DNA of 62,508 nucleotides, the filler included, from Collodictyon triciliatum (Eukaryota), in the NCBI GenBank assembly GCA_043381765.1. It is 6 parts of 6 records of this genome, joined end to end, with 100 filler letters (N's around TTAATTAATTAA, not from the genome) between each part and the next. Parts side by side here need not be neighbours in the genome. Positions count along the whole stretch, not along the records: positions 55,549 to 62,508 come from JBHJMP010002565.1; 5 more parts are not named here. One strand, written 5' to 3'. The notes under the pieces are model-generated. The model made no database searches. It was not told the origin of the DNA and worked only from the letters and a program-made list of their open reading frames with translations. Shown in pieces: positions 58,000 to 62,508 of the stretch (the first letter of the stretch is position 1; every line of letters begins with the position of its first letter). A program made the position numbers and the translations under genes.

Positions 58000-60900
58000 T
58001 CATACAGATTGAAATCGGATAGTAGATGTGGTTATGGTTTTTGCAAATCCCGCTGAAAGTTCTTGAACAGTGGGGAGCGAATCACCAGAGAAAACCCTGA
58101 AGGAAAGTGACATCAGAATAGGTGTATTTTTTTTTCCTTTATTCGATTCAAATCAGAATAGGTGTATATAATAGATGAGGCAATGGATTTATTCTTGTTA
58201 GTTATACAAATATGCATTCTTATTGAAATAGAACAGTCAACTAAGTGGGCATGCGTGTGAAAAATTACTACTTAGATTTTAGGCAGCATATTCGTTTTGA
58301 AAATTGTGATACAAAAAGGAGGAGGAAAAAAAGTTACCCGCTGTACTTTTCAAGAATTCGGGATGCGAGTTGTTGTCCGTCTTGGTCAAAAAGGGACGGA
58401 GTACCTTTAGGAGGATAGAAAATAAATATGCCATTAGTAGTATAGTTAAACTTGTAATAAAGGCATATATATATGTATATGTAATGAATGTGAGATAAAA
58501 ATGAAAATAAATCTTGGGAAAACATTTGTGTCACCTCTAGAGAAGAAAGCTAAATCAATCCAAAGCTGCATAATAGGGCCAGACCGAAAGAGTTTTGCCG
58601 GGTCAAATATGGTTGGGNNNNNNNNNNNNNNNNNNNNNNNNNNNNNNNNNNNNNNNNNNNNNNNNNNNNNNNNNNNNNNNNNNNNNNNNNNNNNNNNNNN
58701 NNNNNNNNNNNNNNNNNNNNNNNNNNNNNNNNNNNNNNNNNNNNNNNNNNNNNNNNNNNNNNNNNNNNNNNNNNNNNNNNNNNNNNNNNNNNNNNNNNNN
58801 NNNNNNNNNNNNNNNNNNNNNNNNNNNNNNNNNNNNNNNNNNNNNNNNNNNNNNNNNNNNNNNNNNNNNNNNNNNNNNNNNNNNNNNNNNNNNNNNNNNN
58901 NNNNNNNNNNNNNNNNNNNNNNNNNNNNNNNNNNNNNNNNNNNNNNNNNNNNNNNNNNNNNNNNNNNNNNNNNNNNNNNNNNNNNNNNNNNNNNNNNNNN
59001 NNNNNNNNNNNNNNNNNNNNNNNNNNNNNNNNNNNNNNNNNNNNNNNNNNNNNNNNNNNNNNNNNNNNNNNNNNNNNNNNNNNNNNNNNNCCTCCTCCTC
59101 CTCTTCTCCCCTCTCCTTCCTTGCCATCACATGAAAGAGAGAATACTATATGCATAAAAATCACCCGGGTGATGCAGTCGTCTCCAAACGTGGCTCGGAC
59201 AGACCCGGAAGCTTTCATTTCAACAAAGGATTGCGCGAATTTTCCTGCAAACATTTGAAACCAATTAAATGAATATATCTGAAAGGACTTCGTATAGGTT
59301 ATATTAAAATTACATCCTTCAAGCCAGGATGCTTACAGTAGATAGATACGCAAAGAAGGAAAATAATACCGAATAAAATTGGTTGTTTTTGAATGATTTT
59401 TTGGAATTCAAAGACTGGTCGTGCAAACATGTCCTGCATTATCAAACGCAGACATAAGTCAAAATATATCGATTAGCTTTAAATTGTGGTGCTTAGGTAT
59501 AAACCAAAATAGGTGCTACTATGGCAGACTTTTAATTTAAACCTTTAATTCATTCTCCACCCAGTTAGTGGCATCCCCAGTCAAATAAAATAAATTGGCA
59601 ATGAATCCAGATACCTTGAATTAAGAAATACAGGTTATATATGAAAATCGATGTACTAAATTTCAAGGTCCCTCATACCTTCTTCATCTTCTCAATTATT
59701 AAGAGTAAATATGATGTACTAAGCAAACTTGTGTATCATTCATTGCTTCCAGGGAGAACTCTTGTAATCTACATAAATACCAATCGACTATGGATGACAC
59801 ATTGCTTACGATAGATTGGTATATCTAAAAGAGAAAATATCTGTCATTTGCATATTAAACTTTCATAGCCTAATTCCAAGACTTTTAACATGAATAACAT
59901 ACTAATGTAAAAATAAAAATAAAAAGAAGCATGAACAGATCACAAACCAATAAGTTTGAAAGCGGTTTTATATCCTTGAGGAATGTAGCGATAGTGGTAA
60001 GAAGAAATCGGGTGCTTTCTGTCACTTTGACGATAGATTGTCTGGGGCTTGACTCCTCAATTTTTAAATGACACTCTTTAGCATGCCATATTTCATCTTC
60101 AACCTACATAATTTCAAGGGTTAAGGCAATCACGTTGTTGCAAGTACTGTTTGGATTAACTTAAATAGTATATGGTTATAAATTGCCATCTGGAGATTAT
60201 TAAGGGTAATTCATTTGAGGAATTAAATGGTAATCCGTTAATTTTTTCTCACTTGCTTCGACAATGTCGACTTTATTCCGTTCATATACTGTGATATAGC
60301 TATTTGTACGCAAAATTTTATAAATGCATGTGAAGTAAATAGGTCTTTAAAGTGAAAATTCAAATATTCATAAGAAAATATTAGTATTAAATTCTTTTCT
60401 TTAATTAATTCAAATTACTTTAGATTGAATAAAATATACTAATGCAAGTGGCAATATCTATTGTCCCATGATGTATTTTAAATAGCCCCACAACATACCT
60501 TCACACAAGCTTGGACTGAATATTGAGTCCAGATTGTATGTGATATCTAGGCCATACTGCTGGAGCTAATACCAAAGCGGGAGAAAAAATTTTTTAAAAA
60601 AAACTTTAAAAATATCATAATGCTGAAAACTTGTATGGTAATAAGACCTTTGCATATAAATAAAACCAGCGGATGTAGATGCATGATATTTGTGATAAGA
60701 ATCATAAAAAAAAAAAAAAAAGAAAGTAATAAACCTTTTCGCAATGTACTTTCGGAATAGACGTGCATCTGGCCATTAACTCAAAGTCGTCTGAATGGAA
60801 TACTTGACGGTTGAAAGAATATCCGAATTCTTGAACTTCACGAACAACCCATACAACAAAAGCTATACAGATATTTCTCAATATTAAATTGATATTTCTG

Positions 60901-62420
60901 ATATAGCAGCATTACATAATAGGAGATGATGATGAGAGCGTTGTTGCCATAAAATAAGATGTAGATACATGAGAACATTTGCTTATCAGTAAAGTAAGAC
61001 TGAAACTCTTGGCATGTAGAGGCGATTGCCGCGAAGGTAATCCTAGATAATTCGCTGGCATACGACAGTATATCACCGCTGAATTTGATGTGCCTATATT
61101 ATGCATGCATAAGGTAAACATCATATCTTGTAATTTTGTTACATTCTCCTTCGCCTGTCATTCCCCAACTTACCAAATTCTGCTATTTGCAAAACAAAAC
61201 AAAAAAAAAAGCAAGAGATATCATCAGCTGACAACCTCACTTCTCTCTTTATCCAACCACTTCGTGACCTCAAAAATATGTCTCTGGCCTGGAAAAAAAA
61301 TTATTCAGTGTGTGTCATTAATGTCAAGTGTCATTTTGTGATGAAAAAAACTAAAAGATAAAGAATCTGTTACGAATACCGCAATCAAATAAAATGGTAA
61401 ATTAAATAGATTTATGGCCGTCATATTTTGCTTTATGAGACCATTCGATTTAAAAACCTTTCTTTCTTGATTTAAATTTTGGAGTAACAAAATCATTTTC
61501 TGTGTTTCACTCTTTGTGATTGTCGGATTCTGCAAGTCTTTTGAGATGTGCTGATTGTACAAGATATAGATATTATAATAGAATATGCATTTGATGTATT
61601 AATAGTATATATCTGCATAAGGATAATCAGTAAATATCAATTTTAAATGTTCACTTTAATTAGGTCGCTCTCTTTCTGATTAAATTGCGTCGATTTCTCT
61701 GATATGGCCGCCGATAGAGAGCCTTGGTCCAACCTCTTCAAATCCTGTCGGCCTTATTTCCAATCAAAGATAAGGAAAACAAGACATCGAAACGGATAAA
61801 ATCATAGTTCGAGTACCATTCAAGCTTAGGAGCATTTACCAAGTTGGAGAACTGCCCAAAACATGAGATTTGCTTCGGGTAAAAAAAAGAAGAAGAAGAA
61901 ACAAATCACCTGACGCCAATAATTCCACAGCGCCGCCATACTTTCTAATCTTAATCAAAAGATCCAATTCATCGATGGTTTTTGAGATTTCTCGAATCGC
62001 TTGACTTGATGCAACAACTCCGGTGCTACCAGAGAATGTTGCCTGTTTATATAAATAAAAATAATCAAATGCAAAGTATATGATATGGAAGAAAAGAGTC
62101 CAGGGTTTATATTTCATTACAGATAAAGAGGATATAATAAATTCCAACTCTGTGGTGGTCTCGAGGCGTTGAGGGTGCGACTTCCTCGGCCTTTGTGGGC
62201 TCTTCTAATTATTTTATTTTTCGTACTGAAAAACTCCAGAACTTTTCATGTGATATTGAAGAAAGAATAGAGAAGACAAGAGTGAAATTTAAATGGAAAT
62301 GTAAGAGATAGGGAAAATACCGTGTTGTACTTGCTGAAGAAATTTAATTGTCCCTTGAAATTCCTGGAGACATCCCTGAATTTCAAGCATATCGGACTCC
62401 ATCTCTAAGTGACGTATAAA
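58000..62420 (-). CDS. EXOC8: Exocyst subunit Exo84/EXOC8, multi-exon, with an internal gap; probably continues beyond the window
   Basis: IDELDLLIKIRKYGGAVELL and AFVVWVVREVQEFGYSFNRQVF..ARCTSIPKVHCEK match the Exo84 C-terminal helical domain. Confidence 0.75.
58112..58167 (-). mobile_element. Tiny poly(A) retro-insert, copy G
   Basis: Perfect 16-bp repeat ATCAGAATAGGTGTAT (58112-58127, 58152-58167) flanks the reverse complement of TTGAATCGAATAAAGG(A)8; intronic. Confidence 0.85.
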
Positions 62421-62508
62421 CGCAAGATTTAAGAAGCATCGACGATTTAAAATAGCCAATTCTCAAATTTGACTTTAAAAGGTGTAGTGATATAGTAGAA
62501 ATTGGGGG

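Overview
AT-rich, intron-rich eukaryotic DNA, most likely from a flagellated protist (CFAP70 and CatSper homologues; standard genetic code; mostly short GT-AG introns). The window is not one locus. It is six pieces of about 11 kb (the last cut by the window) joined by artificial 100-nt N-TTAATTAATTAA-N spacers and sorted by decreasing length, with breaks at simple repeats. Recognisable genes: CFAP70/TTC18, an intronless duplicated multi-pass membrane protein, a CH/EF-hand-like protein, a decayed WD40+Cys-repeat pseudogene, an LRR+Cys-rich+multi-TM receptor-like protein, RPL17, a BRE1-like RING terminal exon, histone H3, Gemin6, a CatSper3-like channel, tRNA-Thr(AGT), PPP1R11/Ypi1, an IQ-repeat myosin-like fragment, a bZIP factor, SLC38A9, Rab4, an NHL-repeat protein and EXOC8/Exo84. 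Most notable: (1) a dense family of very short (about 20-55 nt) poly(A)-tailed insertions, each with its own 10-19 bp target-site duplication; (2) a CatSper3-like gene in an apparent non-animal; (3) a bZIP gene with CRE palindromes in its promoter and an ATF4-like uORF layout, including a Cys4 uORF peptide. Gene identities come from recalled family motifs, not database searches, and exon boundaries were read by eye.
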